Source: Thermoproteota archaeon
GTDB taxonomy: Archaea > Thermoproteota > Thermoprotei > Gearchaeales > Gearchaeaceae
Direction: 5' to 3'
Assembly (NCBI GenBank): GCA_032249315.1
Contig: JAVVGB010000002.1
Coordinates: 1-59,764 of the forward strand
Length of the DNA: 59,764 bases
How positions within the stretch are numbered: position 1 is the first letter of the stretch; every line of letters starts with the position of its first letter. Below the pieces are notes generated by a model, which worked only from the letters and a program-made list of their open reading frames with translations, was not told the origin of the DNA and searched no databases. Made by a program: the position numbers and the translations under genes. Positions 9,535-18,495 of this stretch are shown here, piece after piece.

Positions 9535-10565
9535 GTAGTTTATATGCTTCAACAAGAGCCAGGGTTAAAAAAGGCTACCTTATAACTAAAGAAATACTTG
9601 AGGGATTAATTGAACAAAAAACAATAAACGATGCTTTAGATATTCTTAAATCTACAGATTATAAAAAAGAAATAGCTGAGATATCTCCAGATTTTAAGTT
9701 GATAGATATAGAACATGCATTAAGAAGAAATTTAATAAGACACTTTACAGAAATTATAATAGCATCGAACTACTCACCAATAATTTTAGCTTACTTTTAT
9801 AAATATTTATTACATAACCTAAAAGTAGTTCTTAAAGGGAAAGCATTAAAAAAGACATATTCTGAACTTTATAATTCTATAATTTTAGATGCAGAAGCTT
9901 TTTTGGGCAGGAGAGATACAATTATTAAAGTTTTAGAAGAAGCTACCCTAGAAGATGCTATATCAATTTTAAGTAAATATGAATTTGGTAAAACAATTCA
10001 AGAAGCTTATAATTTATACAGAGAAAAAAAGAATTTGAATATCTTTGATATCTATTTCGATAAATTATACATAAATAATATAGTTTCTTCTTTAAATAAA
10101 ATTAATTTACAAGATGCTAAAGCTTGCAGAGATATAGTAGGAGCAGAAATTGATTTCTATAACATTTTAGCCATTTTAAGAGCAAAATATTTGGGTTTAG
10201 ATGTTGGTTTTCAAAGAGAAATCATTGTTCCAAAAATATTCTTCATCTCAGAGGAAATATTAAATAGTCTAATTACAAGTGAAGAAATAGAAAATTGTTT
10301 TCAAATTTTAAAAAATACAAAATATTCCCAATTGATTACTGAGGAAGTTAAAACAAGAGAAGATCTGCCTAACTTAGAAAAACAATTTAAAGTTTATATA
10401 TACAAAATTTCTCTATCGAAATTTTTAACAGGTTCCAATAGTTTAGATGTTGTTATAGCTTTCATTAAACTTAAAGAAATTGAGGTGCAAAATTTAATAA
10501 CTATTATATTTGGTATAAAAAATGGTATAAAACCAAGCGAAATTTATAAATTATTAATTCTATAA
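9531..10565 (+). CDS. atpC: A-type ATP synthase subunit C
   Basis: 344 aa. Has the subunit C-like start (YASTRARVKKGYL), and the size and operon context fit. Confidence 0.75.
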   Translation: MSSLYASTRARVKKGYLITKEILEGLIEQKTINDALDILKSTDYKKEIAEISPDFKLIDIEHALRRNLIRHFTEIIIASNYSPIILAYFYKYLLHNLKVVLKGKALKKTYSELYNSIILDAEAFLGRRDTIIKVLEEATLEDAISILSKYEFGKTIQEAYNLYREKKNLNIFDIYFDKLYINNIVSSLNKINLQDAKACRDIVGAEIDFYNILAILRAKYLGLDVGFQREIIVPKIFFISEEILNSLITSEEIENCFQILKNTKYSQLITEEVKTREDLPNLEKQFKVYIYKISLSKFLTGSNSLDVVIAFIKLKEIEVQNLITIIFGIKNGIKPSEIYKLLIL

Positions 10566-10804
10566 AAGAATTATCTCATTTATAAGTTATAAAATGAGCG
10601 CCAGAAAAACCCATAGCTTTAATTCTGAATGAATAAGCAAAGCTTAAATAGTTGTAAAAATTATTCCAAAGGTTAAAGAAAAGATATAATTATGAGAGAT
10701 GATAGTTTATAGGCTAAACTAGTATATAAATAGGAACGCTTCCTTGAAAGAGCTCAATATAGCCCATAGATTAATGAGAGCTATGGGATGAGAAGTTTTG
10801 AGCT

Positions 10805-10860
10805 TCTCAAATAAGCAAATGAGGAGATAGGGGAAAACCCTACTCTAAATGCTGGTAGCT
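10805..10860. repeat. copy A of a ~57-nt hairpin-bearing element flanking atpI
   Basis: Hand alignment to 12986-13042. The 44-nt gapless core (10817-10860) has 37/44 identities and includes the exact 15-mer AAACCCTACTCTAAA. The hairpin is at 10824-10845. The atpI stop codon lies inside the element. Confidence 0.75.
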
Positions 10861-12911
10861 TCGCCCTTTAGGGCGGAGTAGCTCAGTCGAGTATAATTTC
10901 CTTCTTTTAGAAACCTTCTAAATTCTTTTCCGTCGCCATAATAAAACTTAGTAAACCATTCATATAAATGCAATCTTAATGCTTGTATGAACACTATGAA
11001 ACCTTCCATTAAAATTATACCTATATTACCAAATATAAGAGCAATTGTAACAACTATGGTAGTAATAATTGGATTACCAAGATAAATATTGGTCACAAGG
11101 TTTAGATTTAATAATAATGCGGTATGAACTATTACCAATATAGCTAATCGTACATAGCTGATCGTATTTGAAAGTAATCTCGTTATTGAATCAAATACTT
11201 CTATGGCTCCTTCACCCAAATAACTTTTAAGCTTTACTTCAGCTCCATGCTCAAATCTGTGAGCTAGATATTTAAATGAAAATATTAAAGCTAATCCAAA
11301 AAGAGATAACACGGAGAAAACTTTAGAGTATATGTGAGCAGGAATGCCTAAAATTAAGCTTGAACCGTATGCAAAATTGTTAAAATTAAAACCTACTACT
11401 ATTAGACCATACATTAAAAAAACGCTGGAAAGATAGAAAGTTAAATAAGCTATTCCACCTAATATATCCTCATAATTTTTAGCAATTATACCGTTTACAA
11501 ATCTAATAAACATACCTAATGTGATATGAATTACTCCGATTATTAAACTAAGTTGAATTACGAATAAGATCGTAGCAGGATTCATTTCCTTTGTTTTATG
11601 ATTCATCAATTCCAATATTGGTTCATATTTAATAAAAGGAATCCCAAAACCGAAAAATTCACCATAAATAAGTCCAAAAATCATACTAGAAACGCCCAAA
11701 CACATAATTAAAATTCCCCATCGCTTTAAATTACCTAAAGTTTTAACATATAAAAGAATACCAAGTAAGAACAATATGAGCCCTCCTCCAAAATCAGCAA
11801 ACATATAACCATAGAAGATTGAAAAAAAGAAGAAAATAAAAGGTGTTGGATCAATTTCATTATATCTTGCTTTCCCGTGCATATTGGTTATTAATTCAAA
11901 CGCATTAATTATAGGTTTATTTAATATTAAAGAAGGAGCGTTGTTAATTTCGTTTTTATTTAATTCATAATACTCTACATAAGCTAAATCCTTCAAATGA
12001 AGAGAAAATTGAGTTTTCATTCTCGCTGGAATGTATCCTTCAATAATTATAAAATGCTTTGTAACTTTAGAGAACTTTAAATTTAAAGCGTTTAAATACT
12101 GCAGATAAATTAACTCATATACTTCCAATAGCTCATTATACTTTTCCTTAATCGTTTTATCAATAAAGGCTGAGATTTCATCAATCTTTTTCTTTAATTC
12201 ATTTATTTCTATATTTAATTTATTCAAATATTCCTCAATATTTAATCCATAAAATTCTTTTACATTAATGACTTTTATGTCCAAACTTCCCAATATTCTA
12301 TTTAATTTTTCTTGAAACAGAGGTTTTGCAATTAGTAATGTTACATATTTATCTTCGGTTACCTTTTCACTTACAATGAATACTTCAGAAGGAAGACTCT
12401 TCTGTAATTCAATTAATGATTTCTCAGTAGTTACAACTAGAGTAATAAGAAAATTTTTAATTGTAAGAAACTTAGATATAGGTATTTTAATTTTTTGGAA
12501 ATATGTTAAATACTCTCTTAAAGACTCTTTTTCGCCTACTTCTTTAATTTTTTTCCTTTTTTCTTCAATATAAGGCATAAAAGTATTTTTAAGAAAATTA
12601 ATTTTTTGTTTTGAAAAATTTAAAAAATCTTCAATTGAAACGAAATCATAAACATTCTTTTTATACTTTTCTTTTGATAATAAATAATCTAAAACCCCAA
12701 ATTCTTTTTTAACATTTAATTCGCTTAGTAAACTATCCATTTCTGAAGAAAATTTACTTAAATTTTGTATCAAATATGAGCCATATTCTGTTTTTTCTTC
12801 TCTTAATTCATTTACATGAAAGTATTCAAAATCGATCAACTTACTAATAAGCTTATCTAAATTTGATTTTGAAGTTATAATGTAGGCTTTGTTTAATTTT
12901 TCTACCCCCAT
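10845..12911 (-). CDS. atpI: A-type ATP synthase subunit I (membrane a-subunit homologue)
   Basis: 688 aa. Soluble N-terminal half plus a polytopic C-terminal half with the conserved SYVRLAILV...H and ALRLHLYEWFTKFY motifs. It is the only ATPase gene on the minus strand. Confidence 0.9.
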   Translation of the reverse strand: MGVEKLNKAYIITSKSNLDKLISKLIDFEYFHVNELREEKTEYGSYLIQNLSKFSSEMDSLLSELNVKKEFGVLDYLLSKEKYKKNVYDFVSIEDFLNFSKQKINFLKNTFMPYIEEKRKKIKEVGEKESLREYLTYFQKIKIPISKFLTIKNFLITLVVTTEKSLIELQKSLPSEVFIVSEKVTEDKYVTLLIAKPLFQEKLNRILGSLDIKVINVKEFYGLNIEEYLNKLNIEINELKKKIDEISAFIDKTIKEKYNELLEVYELIYLQYLNALNLKFSKVTKHFIIIEGYIPARMKTQFSLHLKDLAYVEYYELNKNEINNAPSLILNKPIINAFELITNMHGKARYNEIDPTPFIFFFFSIFYGYMFADFGGGLILFLLGILLYVKTLGNLKRWGILIMCLGVSSMIFGLIYGEFFGFGIPFIKYEPILELMNHKTKEMNPATILFVIQLSLIIGVIHITLGMFIRFVNGIIAKNYEDILGGIAYLTFYLSSVFLMYGLIVVGFNFNNFAYGSSLILGIPAHIYSKVFSVLSLFGLALIFSFKYLAHRFEHGAEVKLKSYLGEGAIEVFDSITRLLSNTISYVRLAILVIVHTALLLNLNLVTNIYLGNPIITTIVVTIALIFGNIGIILMEGFIVFIQALRLHLYEWFTKFYYGDGKEFRRFLKEGNYTRLSYSALKGEATSI

Positions 12912-12985
12912 TTATTCAAAATTTTTCATTTTCTAGTATATTAATTTTCTACGTATGATTACCATTGTTTAGCTATTTGAAAGAA

Positions 12986-13042
12986 TCTCCAAACATGAAA
13001 ATGAAGAGCTAGGGGTAAACCCTACTCTAAACACCGGAAGCT
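12986..13042. repeat. copy B of the ~57-nt hairpin-bearing element flanking atpI
   Basis: Direct-orientation paralogue of 10805-10860. The hairpin is at 13006-13027. It lies 75-131 nt upstream of the atpI start and ~110 nt upstream of atpF. Confidence 0.75.
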
Positions 13043-13152
13043 CCTAAATTTAGTCGTGGATTGGCTCGCTCAACTAAGGTATATATTTCTAACTAACAAA
13101 ACAAAATTTCATGGTAAAAAAATATGTAAGAAAAATAATCAAATAATATTTA

Positions 13153-13449
13153 ATGAAAATTGTAGCGATCGGAAATGAAGTCTTTATAAGCGGTTTTGTT
13201 CTAACAGGAGTTGAAGGAATAGTTACTGAAAATCCAAATGAAGCTAAAAAAGTAATAAAAAAATTGATTGAGGAAAAACAAACAGCTATAATATTTATAC
13301 ATGACCAATTAGCTGAAAAAATACAAGAAGAAATAAACGAGCTAAAAAGAAAAATAAGTGTGCCTGTGATATACGAGGTTCCTTCTTTGGATAGCCCTAA
13401 AAAAATTGTTGATTACAGAAAAATATTAAGGCAAATACTTGGTGTTTAA
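13153..13449 (+). CDS. atpF: A-type ATP synthase subunit F
   Basis: 98 aa. Has the typical MKIVAIGNEVFISGFVLTGV start. Confidence 0.8.
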   Translation: MKIVAIGNEVFISGFVLTGVEGIVTENPNEAKKVIKKLIEEKQTAIIFIHDQLAEKIQEEINELKRKISVPVIYEVPSLDSPKKIVDYRKILRQILGV

Positions 13450-13452
13450 AAT

Positions 13453-14046
13453 ATGGAAAGCTTAAAAAATATGATTGAAGAGATAAACGAGAGATTTAAA
13501 AAAGAAGTTGAAAAAGAATATGATGAATGGTATCAGCAAGTTATAAAAATAATAAATAAAGTTTACGAGGAAACCCTAGTTAAAATAAATGAAATTAATG
13601 AAGAAACGAAAAGGAAGATAGAATATTCTAAAAATATAATAATAACTTTAGCTGAAATGGAAAATAAAAATTTGAAGCTGAACTTAATTAATAGTTATAT
13701 TGATAAAATAATAAACGAAGCATTATCAAAAATAAAGGATGAAAGAAATATACAACTTTATAAGAATGCTCTCAAGAAATACGTTGACGAAGCAATAGAA
13801 ACTATAGGAGAAGAGATTGTTATCTTTTGCAATGAAGAAGATTATGATTTTCTAATGAAATATTTGCATGAAAAAATTCCTAGAAAAACTTTCGAAATTA
13901 TAAAGAGTAATCCTAGCAAATATGGAGGAATAATAGCAACAAATAAAGAAAAAACAATAATTTTAAATAACACAATAGAAGCTAGGCTTAATAGACTAAA
14001 AGATTATATAAGAAAAGAATTAGGTAAAATTTTAATAGGTGAATAA
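13453..14046 (+). CDS. atpE: A-type ATP synthase subunit E
   Basis: 197 aa helical protein immediately upstream of atpA. Confidence 0.72.
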   Translation: MESLKNMIEEINERFKKEVEKEYDEWYQQVIKIINKVYEETLVKINEINEETKRKIEYSKNIIITLAEMENKNLKLNLINSYIDKIINEALSKIKDERNIQLYKNALKKYVDEAIETIGEEIVIFCNEEDYDFLMKYLHEKIPRKTFEIIKSNPSKYGGIIATNKEKTIILNNTIEARLNRLKDYIRKELGKILIGE

Positions 14047-14047
14047 A

Positions 14048-15811
14048 ATGAGTAAGGCGGGAAAAATTAGTTGGATAAGTGGTCCAACAGTGAGGGCAGA
14101 AGGCTTAGAAGGAATTAAAATGTATGAAGTTGTTTATGTTGGTTATGATAAGCTAATAGGAGAAGCTATTGCTGTGTCTGGAGATAAGGCAATAATTCAA
14201 GTATATGAAAATACCAGCGGATTAAAACCTGGCGAACCTGTTTATAAAACTGGCGAACCATTATCGGTTACACTAGGACCAGGTATAATTGGAAGAACCT
14301 ATGATGGTGTACAAAGACCACTTGATATTATAGCTTTAAAAGTAGGTTATTTTGTTAAGAGAGGAGTAGCAATAGATCCTTTACCTACAGATAAAAAATG
14401 GTTTTTTGAACCTAAAGTAAAATTAGGTGAAGAAGTTACTGAAGGAGACATACTTGGCTTCGTCCAAGAAACAACACTAATTAAACATGCAATAATGGTT
14501 CCAATAGGAATTGAAGGAAAAATTTCTTATATAGTTAAGGAAGGCGAATATTATATTACAGATACGATAGCAGAAGTTTCCAAAAATGAAAATAAATATG
14601 TAATAAACTTATACCAAAAGTGGCCTGTTAGAAAGCCTAGACCCTATAAAGAAAGACTTGAACCTGAAGTACCTTTAATTACAGGCCAAAGAATAATTGA
14701 TACTTTGTTTCCAATAGCAAAAGGAGGAACTGGTGCAATACCTGGTGGATTTGGAACTGGAAAGACTGTAATGCTACATCAAATTGCTGCTTGGTGCGAT
14801 GCAAAAGTGGTAATATATATAGGTTGTGGTGAGAGAGGAAATGAGATGGCTGAAGTATTAGTAAAGTTTCCAGAATTAACAGATCCTTATAGCGGTAGAC
14901 CTTTAATGGAAAGAACAATATTAATAGCAAATACGAGCAATATGCCAATTTCTGCAAGAGAAGCAAGTATTTACACTGGCATTTCCATTGCTGAATATTA
15001 TAGAGATATGGGTTACGATGTTGTATTGGTAGCAGATTCAACAAGTAGGTGGGCTGAAGCTTTAAGAGAAATAAGTGGTAGACTAGAAGAAATGCCTGCA
15101 GAAGAAGGATTCCCACCTTATTTAGCATCAAGACTTGCAGAATTTTATGAAAGAGCTGGAAGAGTTGTTACATTAGGAAAGGAAAAAAGAATAGGTTCTG
15201 TAACTGTTATTGGGGCAGTTTCTCCTCCTGGAGGTGACTTCTCTGAACCTGTTACAGTTCATACTTTAAGATTTGTAAGAACTTTCTGGGGTTTGGATAG
15301 CGCTTTAGCCTATTCAAGACATTATCCTGCTATAAATTGGATCATAAGTTATTCATTATACGTAGATTCCGTAGCAAAATGGTGGGAGAAATTTGTAGGT
15401 AAAGATTGGCTAATATTAAGAAGAAAAATTCAAGAAATACTTCAAAAAGAAGATGAATTAAAAGAAATTGTTAAACTATTAGGTCCTGAAGCTCTTCCTG
15501 ATAATGAAAAATTAGTATTAGACGTTGCTAGAATGATAAGGGAAGGATTTTTACAGCAAAACGCTTTTGATCCTGTAGACAGTTATTGCAGCGTTGAAAA
15601 GCAATACAAAATGCTAAAATTATTTGTTGATTTTTATGAAAATGCAAAAATAGCTTTAGAAAAAAATATACCATTGACAAAAATAAGAACGCTGCCGGTA
15701 ATAGTAAAGTTGATGAGATGCAGATATACTGTAGCAAATGATAAAACGGATGAACTAGATAAGCTTCATCAAGAAATATTAGATAATTTTAATAAAATAT
15801 TAAGTAGTTAA
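14048..15811 (+). CDS. atpA: A-type ATP synthase catalytic subunit A
   Basis: Walker A motif GGFGTGKT, plus the LAEFYERAG and [11 protein letters not shown] motifs. I use the ATG at 14048. The track start (GTG at 14039) is an alternative. No intein. Confidence 0.95.
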   Translation: MSKAGKISWISGPTVRAEGLEGIKMYEVVYVGYDKLIGEAIAVSGDKAIIQVYENTSGLKPGEPVYKTGEPLSVTLGPGIIGRTYDGVQRPLDIIALKVGYFVKRGVAIDPLPTDKKWFFEPKVKLGEEVTEGDILGFVQETTLIKHAIMVPIGIEGKISYIVKEGEYYITDTIAEVSKNENKYVINLYQKWPVRKPRPYKERLEPEVPLITGQRIIDTLFPIAKGGTGAIPGGFGTGKTVMLHQIAAWCDAKVVIYIGCGERGNEMAEVLVKFPELTDPYSGRPLMERTILIANTSNMPISAREASIYTGISIAEYYRDMGYDVVLVADSTSRWAEALREISGRLEEMPAEEGFPPYLASRLAEFYERAGRVVTLGKEKRIGSVTVIGAVSPPGGDFSEPVTVHTLRFVRTFWGLDSALAYSRHYPAINWIISYSLYVDSVAKWWEKFVGKDWLILRRKIQEILQKEDELKEIVKLLGPEALPDNEKLVLDVARMIREGFLQQNAFDPVDSYCSVEKQYKMLKLFVDFYENAKIALEKNIPLTKIRTLPVIVKLMRCRYTVANDKTDELDKLHQEILDNFNKILSS

Positions 15812-15812
15812 A

Positions 15813-17201
15813 ATGTATAAAACAACTTCAATTGAATATTATTCGGTAAGAGACATAAAAGGTCCATTAATGATTATAGAAAATGTTTCCAATGTAGCTT
15901 ATGATGAATTAGTTGAAATTGAAACTCCAACAGGAGAAACAAGATTAGGTAAAGTGTTAGAAGTAGGTTTTGGTTTAGCTATCGTACAAGTTTTTGAAGG
16001 AACAACAGGATTGTCTCCAAAAGGAACAAAGGCTAAATTCTTAGGAAAAACATTTGAATTGCCTGTTACTGAAGATATGCTGGGAAGAGTTTTCGATGGT
16101 TTAGGAAGATGCATAGATGGTTTACCTCCTCCTATTCCAAGAGATTACTTAGATATAAATGGTGCTCCAATAAATCCTGAGAGAAGAGATTATCCTACAA
16201 ACTTTATTCAAACAGGAATTTCAGCAATAGACGGGATGAATACATTAATAAGAGGACAGAAACTACCAATATTTTCAGGTGCAGGTCTTCCTCATAACAT
16301 GCTAGCTGCACAAATAGCTAGACAAGCAACTGTCGTTGGTCAAGAAGAAGAATTTGCTGTAATATTCGCAGCAATAGGGGTACAGCATGATGAGGCATCA
16401 TTTTTCAAAAAAAGTTTAGAAGAAACAGGTGCAATAAAGAGAAGTGCATTATTTTTAAATTTAGCAGATGACCCTGCATTTGAAAGAATAATAACGCCAA
16501 GAATAGCTTTAACTTTAGCTGAATACTTAGCTTTTGAAAAGGACATGCATGTGTTAGTAATTCTTACAGATATGACAAATTATGGAGAAGCTTTAAGAGA
16601 AATTAGTGCAGCAAGAGAAGAGGTACCTGGAAGAAAAGGATATCCTGGTTATTTGTATACTGATTTAGCTACAATATATGAAAGAGCTGGTAGAATAAAA
16701 GGTAAAAAAGGAAGCATAACCCAAATGCCTATCCTTACAATGCCAAACGATGATATAAGCCATCCTATACCTGATTTAACAGCTTATATTACAGAAGGAC
16801 AGATTGTTTTAGGCAGAGACTTATATAGAGTTGGAATATATCCTCCAATAAATGTATTAATGAGTTTAAGTAGATTAATGAGAGATGGAATAGGTGAAGG
16901 AAAGACCAGAAGTGATCATCCTGAAGTGGCAAGTCAATTATATGCTGCATATGCAAGAGCACAAGAACTAAGAGCATTAGCTTTAATAGTAGGTGAAAGT
17001 AGCTTAACACCGACAGATTTACTTTATTTAAGATATGGTGAAGCCTTTGAAAGGAAATTCTTAGCTCAATCTTATTATGAAAACAGAGATATATGGAAAA
17101 CTTTAGATTTAGCCTGGGAAGTTTTATCAATGTTACCAGAATCAGAGTTAACAAGAATAAAAGAAAAGCATATAAAACAATATTATAAAAGGAAAGCGTA
17201 A
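15813..17201 (+). CDS. atpB: A-type ATP synthase subunit B
   Basis: 462 aa. Contains the [15 protein letters not shown] and [17 protein letters not shown] motifs. Confidence 0.95.
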   Translation: MYKTTSIEYYSVRDIKGPLMIIENVSNVAYDELVEIETPTGETRLGKVLEVGFGLAIVQVFEGTTGLSPKGTKAKFLGKTFELPVTEDMLGRVFDGLGRCIDGLPPPIPRDYLDINGAPINPERRDYPTNFIQTGISAIDGMNTLIRGQKLPIFSGAGLPHNMLAAQIARQATVVGQEEEFAVIFAAIGVQHDEASFFKKSLEETGAIKRSALFLNLADDPAFERIITPRIALTLAEYLAFEKDMHVLVILTDMTNYGEALREISAAREEVPGRKGYPGYLYTDLATIYERAGRIKGKKGSITQMPILTMPNDDISHPIPDLTAYITEGQIVLGRDLYRVGIYPPINVLMSLSRLMRDGIGEGKTRSDHPEVASQLYAAYARAQELRALALIVGESSLTPTDLLYLRYGEAFERKFLAQSYYENRDIWKTLDLAWEVLSMLPESELTRIKEKHIKQYYKRKA

Positions 17202-17845
17202 TGTCATCATTCGAAAGAAAAATTTTACCTACAAAAATAACATTAATAAGATTAAAAAGAAGTTTAGCTTTTGCAAAAAAAGTTAAGAAAATTTTAGAAG
17301 ATAAAAGGGAAGTTATTTTACATGAACTGGATAAATTAATAGATGAGGTAACCGAAGAAAAAAAGAAAATATATGAACCGCTTTATGATGCATATTATGC
17401 ATTGTATGAAGCATACATGAGCGAAAGCAATATAAATTTAAATTCCTTAATAACAGTAACTCCATATTCTGCAGAAGTAAATATAAAAGAGGAAAACTTA
17501 ATGGGAGTAAAAATTCCTCGATTTACTGTTAAATTTGAAAAAGGAACAATTCCTTATGGTTTTATAGGCACGCCTAGTTCTTTAGACAGAGCATTAAAAA
17601 AATTTCAAGAAATAATACCGTTATTAATTAGCTGTGCAGAAAAGGAAAATGCGATCTATAAATTAGCTGAGGAACTTAAAAAAACTCAAAGACAAGTTAA
17701 TGCATTAAAGCATATAATTATACCAAATTATGAAAGAGCAATTTATAATATAGTGGCTACTTTAGAAGAAAGAGAAAGAGAAGATTTTGTAAGACTTAAA
17801 AAAATAAAAGCTGTATTGGAAAGAAGAGCAAAATATGGAAAATAA
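17201..17845 (+). CDS. atpD: A-type ATP synthase central-stalk subunit D
   Basis: 214 aa. PTKITLIRLKRSL start, helical, follows atpB. Confidence 0.85.
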   Translation: MSSFERKILPTKITLIRLKRSLAFAKKVKKILEDKREVILHELDKLIDEVTEEKKKIYEPLYDAYYALYEAYMSESNINLNSLITVTPYSAEVNIKEENLMGVKIPRFTVKFEKGTIPYGFIGTPSSLDRALKKFQEIIPLLISCAEKENAIYKLAEELKKTQRQVNALKHIIIPNYERAIYNIVATLEEREREDFVRLKKIKAVLERRAKYGK

Positions 17846-17978
17846 AATAAAAGAAAAATTTGATGAGCTTTTGAAAAAAATAGAAGAAGAAAAACAACAA
17901 TATTACCAAGAAATAGAGAAAAAAATAACTGAAATAAAAGAAAAAATATTTAAAGAATTGGAAGAAGCATTAAAATAA
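17835..17978 (+). CDS. small E/K-rich coiled-coil ORF (47 aa) between atpD and atpK, possibly the small epsilon-like ATPase subunit described for the Sulfolobus operon
   Basis: Not in the ORF track (below cutoff). My translation is MENKIKEKFDELLKKIEEEKQQYYQEIEKKITEIKEKIFKELEEALK. It overlaps atpD by 11 nt and ends 2 nt before atpK. Confidence 0.4.
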   Translation: MENKIKEKFDELLKKIEEEKQQYYQEIEKKITEIKEKIFKELEEALK

Positions 17979-17980
17979 AT

Positions 17981-18280
17981 ATGGACAAAACTACTTTCCT
18001 AACTATAATAACAATACTATTCTTTATAACAATACCTTTTGTAAGTGCACAAGGAGGCGAATTAGAAGAAGGTTTAAGATTGGTAGGAGCTGCTTTAGCC
18101 ATTGGATTAGCAGCAATTGGAGCTGGAATAGCCATTGCATACTCAGGTGCAGCTTCTATAGCAGCTGTAGCTGAAAAACCTGCAATGAGAGCTTGGAGCT
18201 TTATAATTTTAGGTCTTTCAGAAGCTTTGGCAATTTATGGTTTAATAATAGCATTCTTGTTATTGCTAAGAGTATTTTAA
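17981..18280 (+). CDS. atpK: A-type ATP synthase proteolipid subunit c
   Basis: 99 aa. Glycine/alanine-rich helical hairpin with the ion-binding Glu in GLSEALAIYGL. An extra N-terminal hydrophobic segment is present. Confidence 0.85.
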   Translation: MDKTTFLTIITILFFITIPFVSAQGGELEEGLRLVGAALAIGLAAIGAGIAIAYSGAASIAAVAEKPAMRAWSFIILGLSEALAIYGLIIAFLLLLRVF

Positions 18281-18303
18281 ATAGATATAAAAAAATAATT
18301 TTT

Positions 18304-18444
18304 TTAAACAATTGCTTTTCTAAAGTAATGACCGTTTGGACATTTAAATAAGCCTATGTTTAAAGGTTTTTTACCTTTTGGTGCAAGAGTCCAGCTTTTA
18401 ATTGGTTTATCTGCTTCTTGACCGCATTTTGGGCATGTTGGCAT
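18304..18444 (-). CDS. small zinc-ribbon protein (46 aa)
   Basis: Not in the ORF track. My translation is [46 protein letters not shown], with a CPxCG motif followed by CPNGH. Confidence 0.55.
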   Translation of the reverse strand: MPTCPKCGQEADKPIKSWTLAPKGKKPLNIGLFKCPNGHYFRKAIV

Positions 18445-18495
18445 ATTATGAATATTTAACGCTATAATATAAAGTTTAGCATATAATCATTAGAT

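Noticed and set aside
10871-10893. tRNA-like string GGGCGGAGTAGCTCAGTCGAGTA next to repeat copy A
   Set aside because: It resembles an acceptor plus D-arm 5' half. However, no complementary D-stem, anticodon arm or T arm follows, and the stretch is atpI coding sequence on the other strand.
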